A DNA stretch of 64,000 nucleotides, taken from Octopus sinensis (taxonomy: Eukaryota). The stretch lies in contig NC_042999.1 of NCBI RefSeq assembly GCF_006345805.1, positions 1,178,001 to 1,242,000 of the forward strand, written 5' to 3'. This document shows positions 11,322 to 23,084 of this stretch, in pieces. Position numbers and translations under genes: made by a program. A model generated the notes under the pieces. That model was given only the letters and a program-made list of their open reading frames with translations. It was not told the DNA's origin and did no database searches. Positions within the stretch are counted from its first letter, which is position 1, and every line of letters begins with the position of its first letter.

Positions 11322-12656
11322 ATGGCCAGCCCGAAGGCGGACAGAGCGGAGGTCCAACCCAGGTCCTTAGTCCAGAGATGTCCAACCTGGAAGGAATAAT
11401 GGCTATACCCGACATTTTCTCGGACGAGGAGGAAAGTAGGAGAGTCAGAAAGAGTAGATAGATGTGCAAGCATGGCAAGGAAGGTGCTAAACTTCGCCGA
11501 GGCAGCTAGTCCGAAGGAAGAAGGATTAACCTAACCAGGGTGGAAGAAGCGAAGAAGATAGTGTCTCGAGACGGGTACAAGATTAAACTAAACCAGATGA
11601 AAGAATCTCTCGAAGAGATAGAGAAGAGAACGGTAATATTCAAAACATACCGTAACATAGAAAGGAAAATAGACTTTTCATCGGAAAAGGAAGTGGAGGC
11701 GTGCCTACTACCCATCTGGGATAAAATCACATTTTTAACCAGGGGTAAGAGGTACGGAACTGTGGAAACTAGGTTCAAGACAGGAGAAGAAGCGAGGGAA
11801 CATTCAATGAAGCCCCTAAAAACAGGCACAATAACCCTTCTACCTATCTATAGAGGAAGGCGTATTTCAAAAATTACGGTTGCCAACATACCGCCGGAGA
11901 TCGAGCCCGAACTGATAGTGGCTGGGGTCACTGCAGGACTGGAAGACCAAATGGAAGTGCGTGATGCCACGGTGGTAGAAGCCAAAAAGTGGCATGGACA
12001 GAAAGTACAAATTATTGTACAGGCAGAGCAGGTCGCCTTGGAAGAGATAGGCGAGGTCATCGAAATAGGAGAGAGCCGGATGGCAGTAATGGTGGAGGGC
12101 CGGAAGCCCAGGTGTTTCACCTGTGGCAAGAAGGGCCACATCAAAAAGGACTGTAAGCCGGCGGAGAAGGAAAAGAGCGTACCCACAAAACCAAGTGCTC
12201 AAGTGGCGGCTACAGAAACGACAGCCGCAACAGAAGTAGGGGAGGGGTGGTCACAGGTTGCTGCGACAAAACGAAAGCACAACAACCCCTCCCGGAGAAA
12301 AATATAAGCAAAGAGAAGAGAGAAGTAAAGAAGGCGAAGAAGCCGGAGAGGGAGAACAGGGTGTATGTGGCGATGAAACCGCAAACAGAGAAGTGGTACG
12401 CAGAGTGGAGACTCAACACGTCGAGGAGGTGGAGATGGAAGCGAAAGGTGGAGGCTGGAGATGCTACGTGATGGGACTGAAAGGGTTCAACACGTATGCA
12501 AACGACTTTAGAAAAGACGTAGGCACACCCAGAATGAGCAAGGAGGATGCCCTGAAGGATGCAGAAAGAAAGAACAACAACGCGCCGAGTCCACGTTCAT
12601 CTGAGGCAGAAGAGACGGGTCCCCCCCGCCGGCCGGACCCAGAGGAAATAAGGTAG
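11322..12656 (+). pseudogene. Family D gag-like ORF1, frameshifted
   Basis: NFAEAASPK; RGKRYGTVETRF; CFTCGKKGHIKKDC; EGWSQV. The start codon is uncertain. Confidence 0.75.
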
Positions 12657-12663
12657 GCAAACT

Positions 12664-15600
12664 ATGGCTGTTTACGTTGGTTGCATAAATGTGCGCGTCC
12701 TGGTAGCGAACTGGAAACAAGGTCGTTTTCTAAACGATATCAGGGCGCGGAACTTAAATGTAATTGTCGCTACTGAGACACGAATCGAAGGGCCAAGAGA
12801 TCTACTCCCGCTCATGGAAGGCTACGAGAAATTTATTTCTCCTGGACGGCATGTGGGCGGGAGTGGGGGTTGGTTCTGCTTAAAAAAGATAGTGTCGCAG
12901 AGAAAAAGTTGATTTTTTCTGATTCAGAAGGTAGGCTGGTCGTCTTAGATCTGACGTTCAGTTGTGGTAAAGAAATCAGGCTGGTGGCGGTGTATGCACC
13001 TAATACGGGTCAGACTGATTTTTATCGAGGCTTGGAGAAGTTTCTTGGCACGTCAAAATCCATAGTCATGTTAGGGGACTTTAATGCCATAGTCGACGCG
13101 CGCGTCGATGGCATTGGCTCGAAAGATAGGAAACCAAACGCTGGCTTCCGGGATCTACTGAGTCACTTTCAGCTGGTAGATCCCTACAGACTTGAATTCC
13201 CGAACGCTCCACAGTGGACGTGGTTAAGTGGCGACGGGTCTATCGGGTCTTACATAGACAGAATTTTTTAGAAAAATAGATAAAGGATTAGTTAAGTGTC
13301 CACAGTTTCACACGGTCAGTTACAGCGATCACAGGATGGTCACTGGCGAACTGAACCTAGATAAGTTAGGTAGTAGGGGATCCGGCTACTGGAAACTCAA
13401 TAAGTCCCTCTGGCTATTGAGGAGTACAGAAAGCGGATCGAGTTAGTAGTGAAGAGGGCGTTAACCGGTTCCATTATTAACAACAAATGGTGGTACGCCC
13501 TCAAAAGAGCCATAAAATACGAGTCCGTTAGATACAGCATAGGTCTAGCAACTAGCGGGCGTAAGAAGAGAGATGGGGCTAGTTAAGGCCTTAGAAGAAG
13601 CCATGAGAGCTGGCGATGGGGCCCAGGTTAGGCTGAAGAGACTGGAGTTGAACCAGCACCTCGAAGCCCAACATATGGGTTGTATCGTCAGAGCTAGAAT
13701 TCGCGCAATGGGGTGCGAGGGTATCAAGGCTGCCGGATGGGCACGAGTTGTGGAGGCTCAACGTGGAAACGATTCCACAATTAAGTCTGTGACGAATGGG
13801 CGAGGTGTGATGTGATCACCGAACCAGAGGAGATGTGTCGGACGTTTCAGGAGCACTTCGCTCGGCTCTTTGGGGGCGACGGCGGACCGGAGGAGAGGGT
13901 GGACCTAACGGACATCCTCGCTGGGCTGCCGCGCCTCTCGGGGCAGGATGCGGAGAGCTGTGAAGCGCCGATCTCGCCTGAGGAGATAGCTGAGGTCCTG
14001 GCCGACTGCGGTGAAGGCAAGGCGCGGGGGATCGATGGTTTACCTTACGAAATATATAAAAGAATGCCAGACTTGTTCGGGAACGTGCTGGGCGGCGCGT
14101 TTTCACGAACTGGCGGCAGAATGGGTTCATTCCCAGATCTGTACGTCGGGGAGTGGTGACGCTGATCAGAAAGGACCCGAGCAAGGGGGATAACATAGAC
14201 AATTTTCGGCCCATCACACTGCTAAACACAGAGGTGAAGATTTTGGCCAAGGTGTTAGCGAAAAGGTTGACGCGTGTCGCGGGTGGTCTGATCGGGAAGG
14301 CACAAACTTGTGCGGTCCCAGGAAGAACCATCCAGGACAATCTTCACCTAGTACGCTACACAATAGAGAGGTTTGGGAATGACTCTGGCAAGGGTGGGGC
14401 ATTGGTCCATTTAGACCAGAGTAAAGCGTTTGATAGGGTGAACCATCGGTACCTGGTGTCCGTGCTGGCGCAGTTCGGTCTGGGCATTGGCTTCCTCAGG
14501 TGAATCATACAAATGTACGATAACATCGACTCGATCGTTCGGGTGAATGGCTTCCTCTCGAGGCCGTTCCGCATCAAACAGTCTGTTCGTCAAGTGTGTC
14601 CGCTCTCCCCGATTTTGTATGTGATGGCTCTTGAGCCATTGCTGCGAAAGCTGAGCGCCATCCCGATGAATCCAGGAGGTGGAGGATCTGTGACATCGTA
14701 TGCGGACGACATCACCATCATCGTGACCGAGGTGGAACTCCTACGTAATGTGGGAGATGCCATCAAGGCTTACGAGACGGTGACAGGAGCAAAGATTAAA
14801 CGGGAAAAATCGGTCGGCTTGCAACTCGGCACCTGGAGGGGCAAGTCGATGCCTTCGAATAGCATCGTGGGATGCTGGACGGAGGGCCCGGTTAAGCTGC
14901 TAGGGATCTGGTTTGGTCAGGTCTCCAGATAGAAAAGAACTGGTCTGAGGTGTCGGGCAAGGTGGCTCACGCGGTCGGGACTTGGTCCGGACGGTGGCTG
15001 TCCTCGAAAGGGAGGGCGGAGGTGGCCAATGTGTTTTTAGCATCGGTCATCACCTACCGCCTGACCGTCGTCCCTTGTCCGGATTCGTGGTTGAGCAAGT
15101 TGGAGAGACAGATCTTCCACTTTTTGTGGAAGGGAAGTGCTCCTCTTGTAAGACGTTCTATCTGCTGTCAGAAACCGTTAAAGGGTGGCTTGGGGATGCC
15201 TTGGCTGATGATGCGCAGAGATGCGCTGAGGTTAAGGCACCTTTGGCTCTACCTGGATGGTGAACGGGGTGTGGTCCCCGCTTGCGAAGCAGATGTTCCC
15301 CAGCTTTGTCAGTTTCGGTGGCAGAGAAACTGGTTTCGTCGCAGACTTAGATCGAGCATGTGGTATTCGGAGTGCCATAAGGCACTCTGCCACTTCCGCA
15401 AGTCGGGCAATGCCGGCGGATTTGGTACCACCGCAGCTTTTTATAGCAGGTTAGTAGAGGCCGGAAATGACGATGCCTTAGGAAGGACCTTGGGCCTCGA
15501 TAGAAATCAGTTGGACAGCCTGTTCCGAAGGACGTTCGGGCCGAAGACATTGGATAACTTCCAGAAGTCTTTGACCTGGCAATGTTTCAGAGGAGCTTTA

Positions 15601-16051
15601 CCCGTTCGGGATAAACTCACAAGGCATGGTTGGAGTGGGACCATCGAACTGCCCAAGATGCGAGCGGGATCTGGAAACAGTCTCGCACGCTATTGTTCAG
15701 TGTCCGAAAGTCTCGGACGTGTGGGTATATGCCGAACACCTGTTGTCGGACGGAAGAAGAGTACAGCTATCGGCTGAGACAATTATAAAAATTGACTCGC
15801 CTAGCTTTTTGACAAGTGAAGGTAAGCATTGCTTTCTCAGTACAGTAGCAGTAGCGAAAGAGTGTATATGGAAGACCAGAATGAAAGCGGTAACGACAGG
15901 CACCGTGATCTCTGGCTCCGCCTTGGTGACCTATTTCAGCTTCCACCTAAAAAGAAAGGTGGAGTTGGAGAAGAGGTGTCTGTCTGCGTGTAAGTTCGAT
16001 AAAATATGGAAGCGTGTGGCACGGTTGCTGCGAGTGAGAGGAGCCACGTAA
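12664..16051 (+). pseudogene. Family D ORF2 (APE + RT + zinc motif) with frameshifts and in-frame stops
   Basis: GCINVR, YAPN, LGDFN, FRPITLLN, TSYADD, CPRCERDLETVSHAIVQC. TGA at ~14501 stands where family A has TGG. Confidence 0.88.
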
Positions 16052-16331
16052 ACATGCTGTAGGTTGGCTGCCGAGTTTCGGTGGGAATAGCAGGGCTCGT
16101 GGGGTCGGCAATCCTGGTGTTCCCGCTTCATGTGTTACCTTTATGTTGTGTTGTTGTTGTTTATCATTCGATTTATCCGATTTTTTGTAATTTAAAAAAA
16201 AAATACTTCATTTTTTCTGTAAATACCATCTGTGTCTCATGACCCCAAATCATGATGTATTGTCCCATTCCTCGTTGGCCCCTTGTGGGTAATAAAGAAA
16301 TAATAGACACTCAACAACTGAATACTTATCA

Positions 16332-17161
16332 ATGTGAAGATACCTTGGGGGAAACCCTAGGTCTCGACGATAATCAGCTGGCCAGTCTGTTCCGACGTAC
16401 GTTCAAGCCGAGGACACTGGACAACTTCCAGAAGTCTCTGGCATGGCAATGCTACAGAGGAGCTCTACCTGTTCGGGATAAACTCGCAAGGCACGGTGGC
16501 CGAGACAGTCCGATATGTCCAAGATGCGGGCGGGTAGGGGGAAACCGTCCCGCACGCTTTGTTCATTGTCCGGACGTGTCTGAGGTGTGGGTTTATGCCG
16601 AACAGCTGTTGTCAGGTACACGAAGAGTACAGCTGTCGACTGAGTCGATTACAAAAATTGACCCACCGGATTTCCTCGTGAATGAAGGTAAGTTTCGTTT
16701 TCTCGTTGTAGTAGCAATTGCGCGAAAGATGTGATATGAAGAAGAGAGTGAAAGGTTTACAGTCAGGCAAGTTCATCTCCGGCCCTGGTTTGATGAATTA
16801 TTTCATCTTTCACCTGAAAAGGAAGATAGGGCTGGAGAGAATATGCCTGACTAGGAGAGTGTATGAAGAACGATGGAAAGATGTGGCACGAAAGTTGCGA
16901 GTGAAAGATACAACATAAATGTAATACCAAGCGTATACCAAAAGTATCAGTGGGGAGGCGGGGCTCGTAGGGTCCGCGCTAAACCCGCACCCACTCCACC
17001 TGTAATGTCTTCCGGTCTGTTCATCATTCGATTTTGTGTATATTCTTGTAATTTCATGTTATTTTTAAATCCGATTTTTTGTAAAAAACATTCGTATGTC
17101 TGACCCCACATCAGATTGTATTGTCCCCTCTATGTTCGCCCATTGTGGGTAGTAATAAAAT
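16332..17161 (+). mobile_element. 5'-truncated family A LINE copy (E) with 17-bp TSD
   Basis: Matches A from ~3363 to its tail. CAACTGAATACTTATCA occurs at 16315-16331 and 17162-17178. Confidence 0.9.
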
Positions 17162-17359
17162 CAACTGAATACTTATCATGCAGTGCCTTACTGCTTTCTG
17201 CTGGATTTTACCTCGAGAAAGGAACCCTGAGGAAGGAGGGCTGAATTTCGAATACCTCGTACAACAAACGGCTGCAGGTTAGGAAAAAAAATTTAATCGC
17301 CTCTTTCAATTCAGGTTTTCATTTTTCATGTTTTATTGTATTTCATTGTTATGTTTATA

Positions 17360-17842
17360 TTGGGTTGTCCGGAAAGTTCGTTCCGATTTTTAAAGGAAGT
17401 ACATGGTCACTAAATACTCTTCCCAGAATTGGGGTGGTTTCAAGGCAAATAATTCATCAAGGTATCTCTCTTTACGTCATCTAAGGAATTGAAATTTTCA
17501 CCATTAAGACTATTCTGCAGAGACCTGAATAAGTGGAAATCCGAAGGAGTAATATCTGGTGAATATGGATGGGGGGGGGTAAGTCACCCCAGCAAGCTGC
17601 AGCAATTTTGTCTGGTTCCCAAAGCATCAAATGCCGATAATGAATTTTTCTCATCTTTTAATTTAAAGGTTTACAGAATTAACACAGGTTATTGGAACAT
17701 AAACCTTCTTCCACGAAAAGATAGATTAAACTGTGCTTCAAATGGAGGTGTAGTCAAATCCTATTTTATGGACTCAAACATGTTCTAAAATAAGTCGAAA
17801 GATAAGCTACGATAAATCTGCAAGAAATTTCCGGACAACCAA
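17360..17842. mobile_element. Tc1/mariner-type MITE
   Basis: Inverted ends TTGGGTTGTCCGGAAAG / TTTCCGGACAACCAA, each flanked by TA. Confidence 0.7.
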
Positions 17843-18339
17843 TATTTCTATATTTTTATCATGAAATTCTTAATATAAATATGTGGATATTCGTATGGAA
17901 TAATACCTCATGTGCTACATCTGAATTTTTTGTCTGAATGTTTTAAGACAAATATCCGAAATTTTATCGTATACCACATTTTATTAATACTTAGCTCATA
18001 TACGGAGACAAAAATGTGTACTATATACTGCAGGTTATCTCCATTAAAATTATTTTAGCATTAGAATTCTTCAAGTAGTATAAAAATGGTTATTGTCTGC
18101 ATCATTCGAAAGCGAAATAATTTTGCATAAGGTGTAAAAGATAAAAAATAATTTGTATGGTGTTAGTAACAAAATATTTGTAAGAAATAGAACTTTTATC
18201 GTCTGTCTTAAATATTTTCGCCAGTGTATATATCTCAGGTCATCCATAAGTTCTGTCTGAATTTTGGATAAAGAATACAAGTGATCAAATGTTATATTTA
18301 ATTGAAAGTTAATCATCAATGTACTTTCCCTAATTATCT

Positions 18340-19310
18340 ATGACTTACCTCCATCTATTTACAAGCTTTTTAATCCCATCAACGTAAAACTCTTTTGGTT
18401 TGAAAGCGAAGAACTCTGAAATGTCAGGTTCGCCCTCCCCCTGGCTTGCGAAAGTTGTATTCCCCTACTAATTCTGTAAACTATGAAACAAATGGTATCC
18501 TGAAGGAGTAAGGTCGGGAGAATAAGTTGGATGAAGAAATTTTTCCAAACCGACCCCTTCGATCTTCTGTGATGTGATCTTTGTAGTGTGGGGTTGCGCA
18601 TTGTCCTGATGAAACATCACTCGTTTTCGACTCACTAAAGCGGCTCTTTTTTCCTTCAAAGCTTGGTTCAAACGCTCTAATTGCTGACAGTAGACTTGAG
18701 CATTGATTGTTGCATTAGGTGGTAACAATATAAAGTGAATTACGCCTTTGCAATCGCACCAGATAGAGAGTAGAACCTTTTTCCCATGAAGTTCCCTTCT
18801 CGGTTGTGGTTGACAATTTTCCCTTTTACCAAGCCACTGTTTACGACGTCTAACATTTCGATAGAAAATCCATTTTTCATCACAAGTCTATCGAAAAAGG
18901 GTGAAATGAGTCTGCGAGAATGGAGAGAAGAGCAGATGCCAACTCGGGATTTGCGGTTGCTTTCGGACAATACATAAGGCACCTATTTTCCAAGTTTAGG
19001 AACCTTTCCACGTTGTTGAAGATGACGATGAACTGCTGTATGGTTTGAAGTAAGCTTTATTGTCAATTCTTCAACTGATAATGACGGATTTTCTTCAAGT
19101 AATGCCTCAAGGAGCTTGTCAAACTCAACTGGACATCGTGTTCGATATTCATCTTCAATTTTGCAGACGATCTCCTGCAAGTTCTTTCATTCGAGCACTT
19201 TGCTATAAACTGAGTGTATGTTTCGAGTCACTTCGGCATCAGAGTTACCTTTATTGTACTCATAAAGAATTATATGTGCCTTAAATGCTCCTTGGACACT
19301 TCCATGTTGA
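18340..19310 (-). mobile_element. Degenerate mariner (DD34D) transposon
   Basis: Fragments with HTH region, HQDNAQPH and HPTYSPDLTPSGYHLF. Confidence 0.85.
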
Positions 19311-19335
19311 AAGGGTTTTAATCAGAGCAATTTTA

Positions 19336-20594
19336 GGGTGTCCACGAAGTCTGGGTTTATGGAATAAAATCATAACATAAGAAATAATAATTTTCCTTTT
19401 TTACTTTTGTTTAAATTAAATAAAAAAAATACTTTACTTTTCTAAATTTATTTGTTATTTTTTCTACAGATGATCGAATGATGGCTCTGTCTAAAGAAGA
19501 AAGAATCGAGTTAGTATTATTAAGTGGACGAGAGGGATGGTCTTATCGCAAAATTGCGGAAGAATTTAATCTTCCACACCCTTGTAGGCAACCTATTTAT
19601 TTTACTGCCGTCAGGAAATTGATCAAGAAATTTAAAGAAACAGGCAGTGTTTCGGATAAACCCCGTTCCGGGCGACCAAAGACTTCAGATGAAACTAAAG
19701 AGGCTGTCGAGGCTAAAGTTTCTGCTAGCTAGCCCCCCAAAATCACTTCGTCGGACATCTACGGTGTTAGGTGTTCCAAAACCAACCATCCACAAAATGC
19801 TGGTTGAGGAAAAGTTTCATCGATACAACCTACAGATATTGCATCACTTAAATTAAGACGATCCTGATAGATGAATAAATTCGATGAAAATATCAATTTT
19901 ACGAAAAAAACTTTGTGTTGTTCAGTGACAAAGCTACGTTTTATGTAAATGGTAAGGTCAACAGACATAATCTTCTATACTGGTCTCGAGGTAATCCACA
20001 TTGGATGGATCTATCCAAACAGCAAGACAGCAAAAAGGTGATGGTGTGGTGTGGTTTTTGGAAAGCTCATGTTCTAGGACCCTTCTTCATTGAACATGTA
20101 ACGGATGAGACTTATGAAAATATATTGAGAGACAAATTAATATCTTAAATTGAGCGCCTAGGCGAGGACCTTCCAAATTGGTTTCAGCAGGATGAGGCCC
20201 CTACCCATTTTGCCACAACTGTTAGAGATTGATTTAATGACACTTTTCCTCCTCACAAGATTGGAAGAAGGGGTCATATGGAATGGTCCCCTCGTTCACC
20301 AGACCTTTCTCCCCTTGATTTCTTTTTCTGGGGTATGTTGAAAGAGAAAGTTTACTCAATAAAGATTACAGATTTAAAACACACGAGAGAACGCATTACC
20401 AGTCAGTGTGCTTAAATTGATGGCAATATAGACTTATTTAATCAAGTTCACCTGAATTTTGCAAGGCGCATCAAGTTATGCATTGAAAATGATAGAAATC
20501 ACTTTGAAAATATTATTTATTATAATTAAATAAAATTGTTTTGTTTTAAAAGTATGTGTTAATTCCCATGTACGCAGACTTTGTGGACACCGTC
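19336..20594 (+). mobile_element. Degenerate Tc1/mariner-superfamily transposon with DD41D spacing (rosa-like)
   Basis: TIRs GGGTGTCCACGAAGTCTG / CAGACTTTGTGGACACC with TA flanks. FSDKATF, QQDEAPTH and SPDLSPLDFFFWG; 41 codons between the second and third Asp. Confidence 0.8.
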
Positions 20595-21169
20595 TATTAT
20601 TTTGTAAAACAATATTGAATTAGTTTAAACGTACACAAATGCATAAAAATAATTTTTAATTGAATTACACATTTGCAAATACTATTAAATTTCATTCAAC
20701 TCTAAAAAGCAGGTAAAATTGGACAGAACTGACTGGATGACTTGATATATATAATCTATGATATTCTAGTAAGTTTCAAGTTTATAACACCTTGATATCT
20801 CATTTTATATGCCTAAGACGTTTATTTTCTATTCTGGTTTTTATATATTTCTATACATTATATTTGTATCTATAATTATTTTAAGCCGAAACATAATACG
20901 ATCCTTGTACGAACGAAAGAACAAGAATGTCCTCTGGAACGTTTATCTTCCACCGCGTTTGTATTGATGGTGACATGTGCGATGATTTTGCGACTATCTT
21001 ATATTTTACAGAGAAACTGGAAGCCCCGAATGTAAGTCAGCGCTTTATGCATAATTCAATATTCATAGTTCTCTATTTCTAACAGAAATTCTGTCCTCAA
21101 TAACTATAGATCTATTTCTAATGTTTTCTTTTTCTTTTCCTTCATGCACTCCCGTCTGCCTCTTGACAA

Positions 21170-21300
21170 AGCTTTCTTTCTCCAGCGTTTACCACGTCAT
21201 CTCGTTAGGGTTAACCAGCCCTTAGCGAAACTTTTGACTGTCCTGATTTTGTTAGCAGCTTTGACGTTCCACGTATCTCAAATTTTATCTAATTTGGTTT
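21170..21300 (-). pseudogene. Possible highly degenerate LINE AP-endonuclease N-terminal relic
   Basis: The minus strand gives TWNVK followed by an EM.W-like segment, resembling the RTE GTWNVR...SEVRW motifs. Confidence 0.3.
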
Positions 21301-21436
21301 GGGGGAGCAATTGCTTTGACGAAGACACTTTTTGTTGCAATGCGGAGCAAGTAAAATTGCCAACATCTGAGGAAGAGTTGTTGTTTTTTTTATATTCTGC
21401 CTTCACGCTATAGTTCTCTATGTAACTAAGATTCTT

Positions 21437-22686
21437 GAGCCGAGCCGAGCCGAGCCGAGCCGAGCCGAGCCGAGCGAGCCGAGCCGAGCCGAGCCAGCCG
21501 AGCCGAGCCGAGCCGAGCCGAGCCGAGCCGAGCCGAGCCGAGCCGAGCCGAGCCGAGCCGAGCCGAGCCGAGCCGAGCCGAGCCGAGCCGAGCCGAGCCG
21601 CGAGCCGAGCCGAGCCGAGCCGAGCCGAGCCGAGCCGAGCCGAGCCGAGCCGAGCCGAGCCGAGCCGAGCCGAGCCGAGCCGAGCCGAGCCGAGCCGAGC
21701 CGAGCCGAGCCAGCCGAGCCGAGCCGAGCCGAGCCGAGCCGAGCCGAGCCGAGCCGAGCCGAGCCGAGCCGAGCCGAGCCGAGCCGAGCCGAGCCGAGCC
21801 GAGCCGAGCCGAGCCGCCGAGCCGAGCCGAGCCGAGCCGAGCCGAGCCGAGCCGAGCGAGCCGAGCCGAGCCGAGCCGAGCCGAGCCGCCGAGCCGAGCC
21901 GAGCCGAGCCGAGCCGAGCGAGCCGAGCCGAGCCGAGCCGAGCCGAGCCGAGCCGAGCCGAGCCGAGCCGAGCCGAGCCGAGCCGAGCCGAGCCGAGCCG
22001 AGCCGAGCCGAGCCGAGCCGAGCCGAGCCGAGCCGAGCCGAGCCGAGCCGAGCCGAGCCGAGCCGAGCCGGCCGAGCCGAGCCGAGCCGAGCCGAGCCGA
22101 GCCGAGCCGAGCCGAGCCGAGCCGAGCCGAGCCGAGCCGAGCCGAGCCGAGCCGAGCCGAGCCGAGCCGAGCCGAGCCGAGCCAGCCGAGCCGAGCCGAG
22201 CCGAGCCGAGCCGAGCCGAGCCGAGCCGAGCCGAGCCGAGCCGAGCCGAGCCGAGCCGAGCCGACCGAGCCGAGCCGAGCCGAGCCGAGCCGAGCCGAGC
22301 CGAGCCGAGCCGAGCCGAGCCGAGCCGAGCCGAGCCGAGCCGAGCCGAGAGCCGAGCCGAGCCGAGCCGAGCCGAGCCGAGCCGAGCCGAGAGCCGAGCC
22401 GAGCCGAGCCGAGCCGAGCCGAGCCGAGCCGAGCCGAGCCGAGCCGAGCCGAGCCGAGCCGAGCCGAGCCGAGCCGAGCCAGCCGAGCCGAGCCGAGCCG
22501 ACCGAGCCGAGCCGAGCCGAGCCGAGCCGAGCCGAGCCGAGCCGAGCCGAGCCGAGCCGGCCGAGCCGAGCGAGCCGAGCCGAGCCGAGCCGAGCCGAGC
22601 CGAGCCGAGCCGAGCCGAGCCGAGCCGAGCCGAGCCGAGCCGAGCCGAGCCGAGCCGAGCCGAGCCGAGCCGAGCCGAGCCGAGCC
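21437..22686 (+). repeat. (GAGCC)n pentanucleotide array, ~250 units
   Basis: Near-perfect tandem GAGCC with occasional 1-2 nt deletions. Confidence 0.98.
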
Positions 22687-22739
22687 TTTATAGTGAGAAG
22701 ACCAAAGCCATAGCGCTCACTGTTGACTCGTAGCCGCGG

Positions 22740-22941
22740 ACAGTGAGCCCAATGGCGCCCGGAGCCCTGCTCCTGACACTCCGTGGACCCTAAGCAAGGC
22801 GTGTGTAAAATTTGAATGAAATTGGTTGTGTAGTTCTCAAGTTATAAAGATTCACACAGACAGACAGATACACATTCTTAGTTTCATATATATCGATATA
22901 CTAGCATTATGACCCGGTCGTTGCCGGGTCATAGTGCTAGT
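22740..22941 (-). mobile_element. Helitron/HINE-like non-autonomous ends
   Basis: ACAGACAGAC microsatellite and TTTCATATATATCGAT (reverse of a TC-ATATA 5' end), then ACTAG...CCCGG-TCGTTG-CCGGG (reverse of a hairpin + CTAG 3' end). Confidence 0.4.
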
Positions 22942-22982
22942 CCATGTATATATGAGTATATATATGTGTTCATATTACATGT

Positions 22983-23013
<31 letters not shown>

Positions 23014-23084
23014 CATTTACACATAAAATACAAAATACAATGTTATATCTTGATATCGCTAGTGATAACAATACTCAAAATATA

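Larger units (their letters stand above)
11247..16302 (+). mobile_element. L1/Tx1-clade non-LTR retrotransposon, family D, apparently full length but disrupted
   Basis: 5' UTR, ORF1, ORF2 and a 3' UTR ending CGTTGGCCCCTTGTGGGTAATAAAGAAATA. The 5' boundary is uncertain. Confidence 0.88.

Noticed and set aside
21435-22733. 432-aa (RAEPS)n ORF
   Set aside because: It is the translation of a pentanucleotide array with a non-ATG start, and there is no coding evidence.
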